From NCBI GenBank assembly GCA_963743175.1, contig CAVUOQ010000004.1:58646-122645 (forward strand): a stretch of 64,000 nucleotides of DNA, given 5' to 3'. The notes under the pieces were generated by a model that made no database searches, had not been told where the DNA came from, and saw nothing but the letters and a program-made list of their open reading frames with translations. This DNA comes from an uncultured delta proteobacterium (lineage in GTDB: Bacteria; Desulfobacterota; Syntrophia; Syntrophales; Fen-1087). Both the position numbers and the translations under genes were made by a program. This document shows positions 10,399-20,290 of the stretch, piece after piece; position 1 is the first letter of the stretch, and each line of letters opens with the position of its first letter.

Positions 10399-10494
10399 TC
10401 ATCGAAACCGAGCAGCAAACCCCCTGCGTACGATAACTACAGCTACGTTCTGTACGATCCGGATGCCGCTGCTGATTTTATTTTGATGATCCAT
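10399..10494 (-). CDS. ilv operon leader (attenuator) peptide, 31 aa
   Basis: MDHQNKISSGIRIVQNVAVVIVRRGFAARFR* with an Ile/Val run, upstream of the terminators and ilvB. Confidence 0.8.
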   Translation of the reverse strand: MDHQNKISSGIRIVQNVAVVIVRRGFAARFR

Positions 10495-10559
10495 GGCTGA
10501 CTCTCGTAAAAAATTTGCCACCCCATACGACGAAATAAAACTTTTGTCAAGATGATTTT

Positions 10560-12617
10560 TTAGTCGCTGCGGTTACCCGTGCTCTCCTGCCTCATGACGC
10601 CCGGAATCTCGCCGGCATCCACCGGCATGCCGTTGTCGGGGATGGTCCCCTCCAGAAAACATTCATAAATCGAATTCCTGGCGGATTTTTTCGCCGGGAG
10701 GCCCGTTTCGGAATCAATGCGGCTGAAGACAATGCCCGGGGGAACGGGAAAAACCTCCACCGGCGTGTTCTGAAGCGCCTTTTCCATAAAATACAACCAG
10801 ATCGGCGCCGCCGCCCGTCCGCCCACCTCCTGTTTACCCAGCGACTGTTCCTGGTCGAAGCCCACCCAGACACCCGTCACAAGGGACGGCGTATAGCCGA
10901 TGAACCAGGCGTCCCGCACATCGTCGGTGGTGCCGGTCTTGCCCGCCACGGGCCTGCCGATGCTCTTTACGCGTCTGCCCGTACCCACTTCCACGACATC
11001 CTGCATGACATAAGTGGTCATGAAGGCGATCCGCGGATCGATGACCTGCTCCACCCTCACCTGGCTTTCCTCAAAGGTGTGGCCGGTGCGGTCCACGATC
11101 CTCTTGATAAAGAAAGGGGTGGTTTTTCGCCCCTCGTTGGCCAGCACGCCGAAGGCCCGGACCATCTCCTGAACCGTCACCCCCGAGGTGCCCAGGGCCA
11201 GCGACAGGTTCCTTCCCAGGGGAGACGTAATCCCCAGATTGGAGGCATAGGCGATGGCGTAGTCAACCCCCAATTCCTGCAAGAGCTTGATCGTAATGAT
11301 ATTTCTGGAATGGGCGAGGGCGTACCGGAGTGTTGTGGGTCCCAGAAATTTTTCGTCAAAGTTGTTCGGTTTCCAGACCGTCCCCGCGCTGTCCTGAAAG
11401 ACCAGGGGCTCATCGACAAGCTTCGTCGCGGGCGTCATGCCCTTATCGAACGCGGCCGTGTAGATGAGAGGCTTGAAGGCCGAACCGGGCTGGCGTCTGG
11501 ACTGGGTGGCACGATTGAATTCGCTCTTGCTGAAATCCCGTCCGCCCACCATCGCCCGAATGGCGCCGGTCTTGACATCCATGCACAGCAGGGCGCCCTG
11601 TGATCGGCCGGATGTGTATCCTTGCCGGACATCCAGCTCCTGCAGGCCCCGTTCCACGGCATCCCGCGCATACTTCTGCATGGATAGATTCAGCGTGGTG
11701 TAAACCTCCAGACCCTCTTTATACAGAACGTCGCTGCCGTATTTTTCCTGGATATAGCGACGGACATTTTCAATGAAATAGGCGGCGACTTTGTCTTTCG
11801 GCCGCACGGAACGCAGGTGAACGGGCGTCGCCAGGGTTTTGTCCCGCTGCTGCGGGGTGATGTGACCATCTTCCAGCATGCGATCCAGAACATAAACCTG
11901 CCGCTGACGGGCCTTTTCCATGGACAGGAAGGGAGAATAGGTGCTCGGCGCCTTCGGCAGGCCGGCCAGCAGGGACGCCTCCGGCAGCGTCAGCTGTCGG
12001 GTGCTCTTGCCGAAATAACCCTGGGAGGCCGCCTCGATGCCATAGGTCCCGTGCCCCAGATAGATCTGGTTCAGGTAAAGCGTCAGAATTTCTTCCTTGG
12101 TCAGGTACCGGTCGATCTTGTAGGCCAGCACGGCTTCGCGGATTTTCCGCATGTAGCTGCGCTCCGGCGTCAGAAACATGGATTTGGCCACCTGCTGGGT
12201 GATGGTGCTTCCCCCCTGGACAATCCGCCCGGCGGCCAGATTCTTGAAAAAGGCCCGCGAAATGCTCTGCAGGTCGAAGCCCCTGTGCTGAAAGAACCGT
12301 GCATCCTCAGCCGCCACAAAGGCCTGGACAACCACCGTGGGAATATCCTCATAGCGGATGACTTTGCGGTCTTCGAGGAAAAATTCATCGATCAGTTCGT
12401 TGTTGTCGTCGTACACCCGGGTCGCAATGCTGGGGCGGTAATCCTTGAGGGCGGCCACGCTCGGCAGTTCCTTCAGCAGAACGTAATAAAGAAAACTGCT
12501 GGCGGCCACCGCCAGAAGGATAAAGCACAGGATCAGGACGATCATCACGGTCCCCAGACCCGTTTTTCCCAGACCCGTTCCTGTCATGTATTCGAAGCTT
12601 CTTTTCAAACCGTTCAT
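10560..12617 (-). CDS. mrcA: Class A penicillin-binding protein 1A
   Basis: AEDARFFQHRG, GGSTITQQVAK transglycosylase; PGSAFKP, SRN, KTGT transpeptidase motifs. Confidence 0.92.
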   Translation of the reverse strand: MNGLKRSFEYMTGTGLGKTGLGTVMIVLILCFILLAVAASSFLYYVLLKELPSVAALKDYRPSIATRVYDDNNELIDEFFLEDRKVIRYEDIPTVVVQAFVAAEDARFFQHRGFDLQSISRAFFKNLAAGRIVQGGSTITQQVAKSMFLTPERSYMRKIREAVLAYKIDRYLTKEEILTLYLNQIYLGHGTYGIEAASQGYFGKSTRQLTLPEASLLAGLPKAPSTYSPFLSMEKARQRQVYVLDRMLEDGHITPQQRDKTLATPVHLRSVRPKDKVAAYFIENVRRYIQEKYGSDVLYKEGLEVYTTLNLSMQKYARDAVERGLQELDVRQGYTSGRSQGALLCMDVKTGAIRAMVGGRDFSKSEFNRATQSRRQPGSAFKPLIYTAAFDKGMTPATKLVDEPLVFQDSAGTVWKPNNFDEKFLGPTTLRYALAHSRNIITIKLLQELGVDYAIAYASNLGITSPLGRNLSLALGTSGVTVQEMVRAFGVLANEGRKTTPFFIKRIVDRTGHTFEESQVRVEQVIDPRIAFMTTYVMQDVVEVGTGRRVKSIGRPVAGKTGTTDDVRDAWFIGYTPSLVTGVWVGFDQEQSLGKQEVGGRAAAPIWLYFMEKALQNTPVEVFPVPPGIVFSRIDSETGLPAKKSARNSIYECFLEGTIPDNGMPVDAGEIPGVMRQESTGNRSD

Positions 12618-13375
12618 GCCGCTTGCTCACCTGCCTCGGCTTCTTTTTTCTTTTTTTCCACAAATTTTGCGATGAAAATACTTATTTCATAAAGAACAAT
12701 CAAGGGAATCGCCATGATGATCTGCGTAAAGGCATCGGGCGAAGGCGTCAGGAAGGCCGCCGCGATAAAAATGATCAGAATCGCATAGCGCCGCTGTTTT
12801 GCAAGCAGCCGGCTGTTGACAATCCCCAGTTTGGTCATGAAAAAAATGAAGACCGGCAATTGAAAAGACACGCCGAACGCCAGCAGCAGCTTGAGGGCAA
12901 AGGAAAGATATTCCCGCATGGTGAACATGGGCCGTAGCGAATCGGATGAGAATTCAACGAAAAACCCGAATGCGGGGGGCAGGGCCAGAAAATAGGCGAA
13001 CAGGATCCCGCCGACAAAAAGCAGCGAGGAGGTCAGGACGAAGGGAACCACATATTTCTTTTCCCGGGGATAAAGCCCGGGGGAGATGAATTTCCAGATC
13101 TGGTAGAGGGTAAACGGGGCGGTCAGAAACAGCGAGGCAAAAAAAGCGACTTTCATGTAGGTGAAAAACGCCTCCGGCAGGCTTGTGTAAATCATATAGC
13201 TGTTTTTCGGCATGACCTCGAGGAGGGGTTTTGTGATGATCTTGAATAACCCGTCCTTGAAATAATAACAGGCGACGAAGCCGATACCAATGGCGATCAG
13301 GCTGCGGACCAGCCGTTTTTTCAAGTCTTCCAGATGCGCGGTCAGGGGCAGTTTGTCTTCGGCGGGCTCACCCAT
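12614..13375 (-). CDS. tatC: Twin-arginine translocase subunit TatC
   Basis: HLEDLKKRL, YQIWKFISPGLY, FQLPV, TPSPDA. Confidence 0.95.
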   Translation of the reverse strand: MGEPAEDKLPLTAHLEDLKKRLVRSLIAIGIGFVACYYFKDGLFKIITKPLLEVMPKNSYMIYTSLPEAFFTYMKVAFFASLFLTAPFTLYQIWKFISPGLYPREKKYVVPFVLTSSLLFVGGILFAYFLALPPAFGFFVEFSSDSLRPMFTMREYLSFALKLLLAFGVSFQLPVFIFFMTKLGIVNSRLLAKQRRYAILIIFIAAAFLTPSPDAFTQIIMAIPLIVLYEISIFIAKFVEKKKKEAEAGEQAA

Positions 13376-13430
13376 TTGCAACGATGGTTTCCTTTTTTAT
13401 ATGATGACTTTCGATTTTTGAATCGACCGG

Positions 13431-13718
13431 TTAAGATGAAGTTTTGGAAGAGTCATCCTTGGGGGGCGAAGCTGCCTTGACCTCATCTTCGTCCTTTTTG
13501 CCGTAGAGGAGGGAGTCCTTGAAATGATCCATTTCCTCTTTGAGATCATCGGGCTTCAGTGTTTCCTTGATGCTTTCGGTGACCCCCTCCGATGCCTTTT
13601 TGAATTCCTGCAATCCTTTGCCCAGCGATTTCGCCAGATCGGGGAGCTTTTTCGGGCCGATCACCAGCAGCGCAACCACGGCAATCACAATAAGTTCGGG
13701 CATGCCAATGCCAAACAT
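13431..13718 (-). CDS. TatA/TatB family translocase subunit
   Basis: MFGIGMPELIVIAVVALLVIGPKKLPDLAKSLGKGLQEFKKA. Confidence 0.92.
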   Translation of the reverse strand: MFGIGMPELIVIAVVALLVIGPKKLPDLAKSLGKGLQEFKKASEGVTESIKETLKPDDLKEEMDHFKDSLLYGKKDEDEVKAASPPKDDSSKTSS

Positions 13719-13816
13719 GATTCCACCCACGCTTTCTTTCTGCTGAAATATAACTGTCACGGACATTTGTCAATCATTTTCGGCAGGATGCCCATGACAA
13801 TGGGAACGCTAAACAA

Positions 13817-13883
13817 TGACGCCTCCGTAAAAAATTCCTTTCCCCCTCCCCTTGCGGGAGGGGATGAAGGGGAGGGGGGAGGG
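13817..13883. repeat. Partial composite element (family A end plus family C REP)
   Basis: TGACGCCTCCGTAAAAAA followed by CCCCTTGCGGGAGGGGATGAAGGGGAGGG, as at 7798..7832. Confidence 0.6.
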
Positions 13884-13996
13884 AATTCCGGGCTTTTTTT
13901 CGCGCCTGTCATCCTTAATTTTTTTGATTTTAACGGGGGGGTATGGTAGAGGTTACGCCGTTGACCCGAAGGGGAAAGGAAAGGATAGGCAAGCAC

Positions 13997-15061
13997 TTGA
14001 GAAGAACAGGCATTGTCAAGGACCGGCGTTACCTGGATCATGGTTCGGAATATACTCAACCGGAGAGTCCCGCCAGGCTGGAGGCCATCTATGCCATGCT
14101 TGAACAGCCGGACATGGAGGGGCATTTTATCGAGATCGAACCACGCCATGCCGATCGCGGGGAACTTGCGCTGGTCCATGACCCGGACCATATCAGTCTC
14201 GTGGCCGGCACCGCCGGGAAGGCGCATGCTTACCTGGATCCGGATACGGAGACCACCCCTGAGTCCTTTGAGACGGCCCGCCTGGCCGTCGGAGGGCTGT
14301 TCAATGCCATCGACCAAGTCATGACCGGCCAGGTGGATAACGCCTTTGCGCTGATCCGGCCCCCGGGACATCATGCCAGAAGGCGTGACTCCGCCGGGTT
14401 CTGTCTGTTCAACAACATCGCCCTGGGCGCCATGCATGCAATAAATCGCCACCACCTGACCCGCATTCTGATTGTGGACTGGGATCTCCACCACGGCGAC
14501 GGGACCGCCCAAACTTTTTACAATGATAATCGTGTGTTGTACTTCTCCACACATCAGTATCCGGCCTATCCCGGAACCGGCGCCGTCGAAGAGATCGGCC
14601 GGGGGGACGGAATCGGCTATACAATCAATGTCCCCCTGCGACCCGGCGCGGGCAACGCGCAGTATGTCAAGATTTACCGAAGACTGCTCGAGCCGGTGGC
14701 TCTGGCTTTCAAACCGCAACTGGTCCTGGTCTCGGCCGGATTTGATATTTACGCCCAGGATCCCCTCGGCGGCATGAGGGTGACGTCCCGCGGCTTTGCC
14801 TATCTGACGCGCATCCTGATGAACATCGCCGACGCCTGCTGCCAGGGGCGCCTGGTGCTGACCCTGGAGGGGGGGTATCATATCGACGGACTGACGGCGT
14901 CCGCCAAGGCCGTCCTGAAAGAGCTTCGCGATGAGACACAAGTGTCTCAGGAGGAGCTGTTCCGGATCGAAAATGAGGCCGAGGAGCGATTCAACCCGGT
15001 TGAACCGTTGATCAACCGCGTGATCAATCAGATCGAGCCCCTCTGGCGGGCGTTTAAATGA
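13997..15061 (+). CDS. Histone deacetylase family (class II-like) hydrolase
   Basis: PESPARL, RPPGHHA, GFCLFNN, DWDLHHGDGT, SAGFD, LEGGY; TTG start inferred (open frame extends to 13943). Confidence 0.92.
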   Translation: MRRTGIVKDRRYLDHGSEYTQPESPARLEAIYAMLEQPDMEGHFIEIEPRHADRGELALVHDPDHISLVAGTAGKAHAYLDPDTETTPESFETARLAVGGLFNAIDQVMTGQVDNAFALIRPPGHHARRRDSAGFCLFNNIALGAMHAINRHHLTRILIVDWDLHHGDGTAQTFYNDNRVLYFSTHQYPAYPGTGAVEEIGRGDGIGYTINVPLRPGAGNAQYVKIYRRLLEPVALAFKPQLVLVSAGFDIYAQDPLGGMRVTSRGFAYLTRILMNIADACCQGRLVLTLEGGYHIDGLTASAKAVLKELRDETQVSQEELFRIENEAEERFNPVEPLINRVINQIEPLWRAFK

Positions 15062-15066
15062 ATAGA

Positions 15067-15217
15067 GACCGATGAAAAATGGCTTCGCCGCGGCTCTAAA
15101 TCTTTTTCGCATAAAATATTGTAAGATCAAAATATTTTTGAAATCACTAAATTAGTCTAATTCATGGAAATGCGAAAAATCTTTCAATCGCCGCTTGCGA
15201 ACCATTTTCATCGGTTC
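15067..15217. repeat. Family B inverted-repeat element, copy 2
   Basis: GACCGATGAAAAATGGCTTCGCCGC...GCTTGCGAACCATTTTCATCGGTTC. Confidence 0.75.
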
Positions 15218-15255
15218 TGTAAAGTTTTCGAATCTTTTTAAGGAGTTTGTAACCA

Positions 15256-15543
15256 TTGAAAATCACAAAAGACGAAGTCACCCATGTGGCCCATCTGGCG
15301 CGTCTGGAGTTTACGGAAGCCGAGGCCGAAAAATTTACCTCTCAGCTCAACAATATCCTTATGTACATGGACATGCTCAATCGGGTCGATACGACCGGCG
15401 TGGCGCCCATGACGCATGCCATCGCCCAGCAAAACGCCTTCCGGGAAGATATTGTAAAACCGTCGTTCAGTCGCGACAACACGCTTGCCAACGCCCCCGA
15501 CGCCCGGGGTGATTTTTTCCGGGTACCCAAGGTGATTGAATGA
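15256..15543 (+). CDS. gatC: Asp/Glu-tRNA amidotransferase subunit C
   Basis: [10 protein letters not shown]...[17 protein letters not shown]. Confidence 0.95.
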   Translation: MKITKDEVTHVAHLARLEFTEAEAEKFTSQLNNILMYMDMLNRVDTTGVAPMTHAIAQQNAFREDIVKPSFSRDNTLANAPDARGDFFRVPKVIE

Positions 15544-17000
15544 TGGAACTGAATCAACTGACCATTCACGCGTTGCAGAAAAAAATCAGGTCGGGAGAAA
15601 CCACCGCCACGGAAATTATCCGGTCGGTCTTTCGAAGAATCGATGCCGTGGAAAAGGCAATTCACGCCTATATTCTGCTGACAAGGGAAACCGCCCTGGA
15701 AGAAGCGGGCCGGGCCGATGAGGCCATCAGGAAAGGCGACATCAGGACACTCACCGGCATTCCGATCGCCCTTAAAGACCTCCTGTGTACCCGTGGAGTA
15801 ACCACGACCTGCGCCTCCCATATCCTCCATAACTTTGTGCCGGCCTACGACGCCACGGTGGTGGAAAAGCTGCGGGACGCCGGCGCCGTGTTCACGGGCA
15901 AGACCAATATGGACGAGTTTGCCATGGGGTCTTCCACGGAGACATCCCGGTTCGGCATTACGCGCAACCCCTGGGACCTGGAACGCATTCCCGGCGGTTC
16001 CAGCGGCGGCTCGGCGGCGGCGACGGCGGCCGACGACTGTATCGCCGCCATCGGCTCGGACACGGGCGGCTCCATCCGGCAGCCGGCGGCCCTTTGCGGC
16101 GTCGTGGGCATGAAGCCCACCTATGGACGCGTTTCCCGATACGGCCTGGTGGCCTTTGCCTCCTCGCTGGACCAGATCGGACCCTTTACGAAGGACGTGG
16201 AAGACTGCGCCATCCTGATGAACGTCATCGCGGGTTACGACCCCCGTGAATCCACGTCGGTTCCCGCCGAGGTGCCCGATTACCGGCAATATCTGGCGCG
16301 CGGTATCGACGGCTGGACCGTAGGGATTCCGAAGGAATACTTTATTGAAGGGATCGATCCCGAGGTCATGACGGCCGTTCGAAAGGCCATCGCGGTCATC
16401 GAGGGCCTGGGGGCCAGATGCATCGAGATATCGCTGCCCCATACGGCGTACTGCCTGGCCGTTTATTATATCGTCGCCCCGGCGGAAGCCAGTTCCAACC
16501 TGGCCCGCTACGACGGCGTGAAATACGGCTTTCGCTCTCCGGATGGCCGCGATCTTCTGGATATGTACAAGAAGTCCCGATCAGCCGGATTCGGCGCTGA
16601 AGTCAAAAGGCGAATCATGCTCGGAACTTATGTGCTTTCATCGGGATACTACGATGCCTATTATAAAAAGGCGTCCCAGGTGCGGGCCTTGATCAAGCGG
16701 GATTTCGACGAGGCGTTCCAGCGTTGCGACGTCATCCTGACCCCGACGACCCCCACACCGGCATTCCGGATCGGCGAGAAAACAGACGATCCGCTGCAAA
16801 TGTATCTCTCCGATATTTTGACCATTTCCACGAATCTGGCCGGCATCCCGGGGATCTCCGTTCCGTGCGGCTTCACCCGGAACGGCCTGCCCATCGGCGT
16901 ACAGTTCCTGGCCGGACACTTCGATGAGGCAAAATTGTTTCAGATCGCCGCGGCCTATGAGAAGAACGCGAATTTAGAGAAAAGGAGACCGACGCTTTAA
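15540..17000 (+). CDS. gatA: Asp/Glu-tRNA amidotransferase subunit A
   Basis: [44 protein letters not shown]. Confidence 0.97.
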   Translation: MMELNQLTIHALQKKIRSGETTATEIIRSVFRRIDAVEKAIHAYILLTRETALEEAGRADEAIRKGDIRTLTGIPIALKDLLCTRGVTTTCASHILHNFVPAYDATVVEKLRDAGAVFTGKTNMDEFAMGSSTETSRFGITRNPWDLERIPGGSSGGSAAATAADDCIAAIGSDTGGSIRQPAALCGVVGMKPTYGRVSRYGLVAFASSLDQIGPFTKDVEDCAILMNVIAGYDPRESTSVPAEVPDYRQYLARGIDGWTVGIPKEYFIEGIDPEVMTAVRKAIAVIEGLGARCIEISLPHTAYCLAVYYIVAPAEASSNLARYDGVKYGFRSPDGRDLLDMYKKSRSAGFGAEVKRRIMLGTYVLSSGYYDAYYKKASQVRALIKRDFDEAFQRCDVILTPTTPTPAFRIGEKTDDPLQMYLSDILTISTNLAGIPGISVPCGFTRNGLPIGVQFLAGHFDEAKLFQIAAAYEKNANLEKRRPTL

Positions 17001-18433
17001 TGGAATTCGAACCGGTCATCGGGCTGGAGGTTCATGCCCAACTGCTCACAGATTCAAAGATATTCTGCGGCTGCTCCACGAAATTCGGGGCATCGCCCAA
17101 CAGCCACACCTGTCCAGATCTGCCTCGGCATGCCGGGGGTATTGCCCGTTCTGAACAGGAAAGTCGTCGAATATACGATGAAGATGGGACTGGCGACCCA
17201 CTGCCGGATCAATGAGGCGTGCAATTTCGCCCGGAAAAACTATTTCTACCCCGACCTGCCCAAGGGCTACCAGATTTCCCAGTACGCCAATCCGCTGGCC
17301 GAGCACGGTTATGTGGATATCGAGCTGGAAAACGGCAGGAAACGAATCGGCATCACGCGCATCCACATGGAGGAGGACGCGGGCAAACTGATGCACGACG
17401 AACACAATCCCTCCAGTTATGTCGACCTGAACCGCACCGGCGTCCCGCTGATCGAGATCGTCAGCGAGCCGGACATCCGCAGCGCCGAGGAGGCGTCGGC
17501 CTACCTGCGGCGGCTGCATGAAATTCTGGTTTATCTGGAGATCTGCGACGGCAACATGGAGGAGGGCAGTTTCCGCTGCGACGCCAACGTCTCGCTCCGG
17601 CCGAAAGGGCAGGAGGCCTTCGGCACCCGCGCGGAACTCAAGAACATGAATTCCTTCCGGAACGTCCAGCGCGCCCTGGAATATGAAATCAAGCGCCAGC
17701 AGTACGTCCTGGAAGGCGGCGGGACGGTGGTCCAGGAAACCCGGCTCTGGGACGATACGGGCGGCGTGACCCATTCCATGCGCAGCAAGGAAGAAGCCCA
17801 TGATTACCGGTACTTTCCCGATCCGGATCTGGTACTGGGTGGCCATCGGCCCGGACTGGATCGAAGCGATCCGCAAAGACCAGCCCGAACTGCCCCTTGA
17901 AAAGCGCGAGCGCTTCGTCCGGGATTATCAGATTCCCGCCTACGATGCGGGCGTCCTGACGCAAAGCCGCGCGCTGGCCGACTATTACGAAGCGGTCGTC
18001 CGGTTGACGGGCAAGCCCAAGATCGCCAGCAACTGGGTCATGGGCGACATCCTGCGGTTCCTTAACGAGGAAAAACGAGATATTGCGGACTGCCCGATCA
18101 CGCCTGAGGCGCTGGCGGAAATGATCCGGCTCATCGAGGAGGGCACGATCAGCGGCAAGATGGCCAAAGAGGTCATCGAGGAGATGTACAAAACCGGCAA
18201 GCCGGCCGCAGACCATCATCGCAGAAAAGGGTCTCGTCCAGATTACCGATGAAGGCGCTCTGGTTCAGGCCATTAATGAGGTCATCGCGGCCAATCCCAA
18301 ACAGCTGGAACAGTACCGCAGCGGCAAGGACAAGCTCTTCGGGTTCTTTGTCGGCCAGGTCATGAAGGCCACCCAGGGCAAGGCCAATCCGCAGATGATC
18401 AACGACCTGCTAAAGAAAATGCTGGCGGGGTAA
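17000..18433 (+). CDS. gatB: Asp/Glu-tRNA amidotransferase subunit B (three apparent +1 frameshifts near 17115, 17837, 18205)
   Basis: [36 protein letters not shown] and the C-terminal [17 protein letters not shown] are spread over shifting frames. Confidence 0.93.
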
Positions 18434-18503
18434 AGAACGGTGAGGCAAACCGCAGAATCTGCATAATCTGAATGATATCAAACGAATGCGGAACATCCAT
18501 GCT

Positions 18504-18574
18504 ATGAATCAGATCCGAACCCTGTACTGGCAAGATAATGCGGTCGTCATGATCGACCAGAAGGCCCTGCCGCT
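18504..18574 (+). pseudogene. Truncated 5' fragment of mtnA (left junction of island)
   Basis: Encodes [24 protein letters not shown]; 65/71 nt identical to 36991..37061. Confidence 0.9.
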
Positions 18575-18613
18575 TGTTGATTTTACTGAATCTATAGCTT
18601 GCAGGCTTGAATA

Positions 18614-19891
18614 TCAATCAGCAGTTACCTGTACCAGGCCTTTTTCTATTGCCTGCGGAAAATCATTCAGGATACTTGCCACATCAAATGTGCTGTGTTG
18701 CACCAGGTTGATGCCTGAAGATACCAACATGATTCTATCACGGCCGGCCTGCTTGGCCTCGTAAACACCGGCATCAGCGAGACGGAGTACCTGCTCCCAG
18801 TTCAAAAGATCCGGCCTGTTAGGATTAAACGGAAATTGAGCATAGCCGATGGAGCAGGTCATTTTAATAGACTCCCCTGAAGGCAGTATGAATTTGTTTT
18901 GACGGAAATTGTCCTGTATGCGTTTAGCAATCTCTCTGGCTCCATCGGGTTGGTCATCGCGTGACACAATAACAAATTCTTCTCCACCCCAGCGGACAAT
19001 GATATCTGATTTTCTCACTGCTTGGTGGAGAATATCAGCAACCTGCTTTAATACTGCATCACCCGCGGCATGGCCATAAGTGTCATTCACATCTTTGAAG
19101 TGGTCAATATCAAGCATAAAAACAAACATGTTGTTTTCCGGGGACATGAGCGTTAATATTTGTTGATCATTCGTCCGGCTTCGGAGGATTTTATCCACCT
19201 CTTTATCCATAAAAGCTGATAAGAACCAGCGATTGGATAGCTTTGTCAGGCCGTCATTAAAAGCCATTTCATTCAATTCGAGAGACATCAAGACAGATTC
19301 ACTGCGTGATTTATATTGCTGTTTGATCATGATGATAAGCGTAACAGAATAGGAAATGATAAGCAGGAGCAATATCCAGGAACCCCATTCACGGCTGTCA
19401 ACGGCTGAGAGAATCCCCAGAGATAGGAGGTTAGGAACAACATACAAGGCATAGCAAAGCCTGCTTGATCCTGTACTGACCAGTGCAGCAGACATAATGC
19501 CGGCCTGGAAAACGATCAGGAGGCTGACTTTGGGCAGGGTCAGGGTTGGATAGGCTATAATATTCAATGCAGCAAGCCCGCTGCCTGTAAGAAGCGTGCC
19601 TGCGGCAAAGGACCAGTATCGTAAGTTGACAGATGCCCAGATGCCCTTAGCGCGCCACCCATACCACGCGGCAATGAGACGTGCGATGGTTATGATAATC
19701 AATGTGTAAAAGGTAATTTGCAGGACTGTATTGTTGTCAAATATTTCATCAATAATAATACGGAAAATAATTAAGGCGCTGAGCGTGGCAAAAATTGCCA
19801 TCCGGCTGCGGCGGTAAATATCTTTTAACAATTCGTCGCTAAGTTCGGCCTGATGCTTTTTATACAACTCTTGAAAGTGAACTTTGTCCAT
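18614..19891 (-). CDS. Membrane-anchored diguanylate cyclase (GGDEF)
   Basis: Multiple TM helices, DGLTKLSNR, DIDHFKDVNDTYGHAAGD, RWGGEEF. Confidence 0.92.
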   Translation of the reverse strand: MDKVHFQELYKKHQAELSDELLKDIYRRSRMAIFATLSALIIFRIIIDEIFDNNTVLQITFYTLIIITIARLIAAWYGWRAKGIWASVNLRYWSFAAGTLLTGSGLAALNIIAYPTLTLPKVSLLIVFQAGIMSAALVSTGSSRLCYALYVVPNLLSLGILSAVDSREWGSWILLLLIISYSVTLIIMIKQQYKSRSESVLMSLELNEMAFNDGLTKLSNRWFLSAFMDKEVDKILRSRTNDQQILTLMSPENNMFVFMLDIDHFKDVNDTYGHAAGDAVLKQVADILHQAVRKSDIIVRWGGEEFVIVSRDDQPDGAREIAKRIQDNFRQNKFILPSGESIKMTCSIGYAQFPFNPNRPDLLNWEQVLRLADAGVYEAKQAGRDRIMLVSSGINLVQHSTFDVASILNDFPQAIEKGLVQVTAD

Positions 19892-19932
19892 CTGTCACCG
19901 ACGGTTAGATAGCATAACCGTTTTTTATAGTT

Positions 19933-20215
19933 GAAGCATCCCACCTCGGCAATGCCGCCTGAAATATCCTGAGCAATCCCTAAAATACTGGACTGGGTCA
20001 TAAGGCGCGTGTCGGGTTGCCAAAAAATAATAGGTCTCGGAGGGAGTTATGGCAAACTACATGCACGGTTATGCCCCTATCCAGTTTTTGGGAGTATTAT
20101 TAAAACTATTTCCCCGCTTCTTCAGGCCTCAAATCTACGCAGTATTTCTATTTCTGAACGACTTCTTTCTTTGGCGGTTGCGTCATCAAACTAACAATGA
20201 TGAAAAATATGAACC
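19933..20215. repeat. Direct repeat copy 1 (palindromic intergenic element plus degenerate SSS 3' remnant)
   Basis: Matches 21802..22086; remnant reads FIFFIIVSLMTQPPKKEVVQK*KYCVDLRPEEAGK on the minus strand. Confidence 0.9.
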
Positions 20216-20290
20216 GCAAATGGCTGCTTAACGGCTTGTTGATTTTACTGAGTCTATCTCGTCTCACGTTTAAAAAAAGAAGGAAATTGC

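Noticed and set aside
17000-18433. gatB as a pseudogene or programmed frameshift
   Set aside because: Three isolated +1 bases, no slippery motifs or decay, and similar indels in unrelated genes point to sequencing error
19901-19921. GGDEF gene as an integron cassette (GTTATGC upstream, palindrome ACGGTTA..TAACCGT)
   Set aside because: No RYYYAAC or attC-shaped palindrome follows its stop codon
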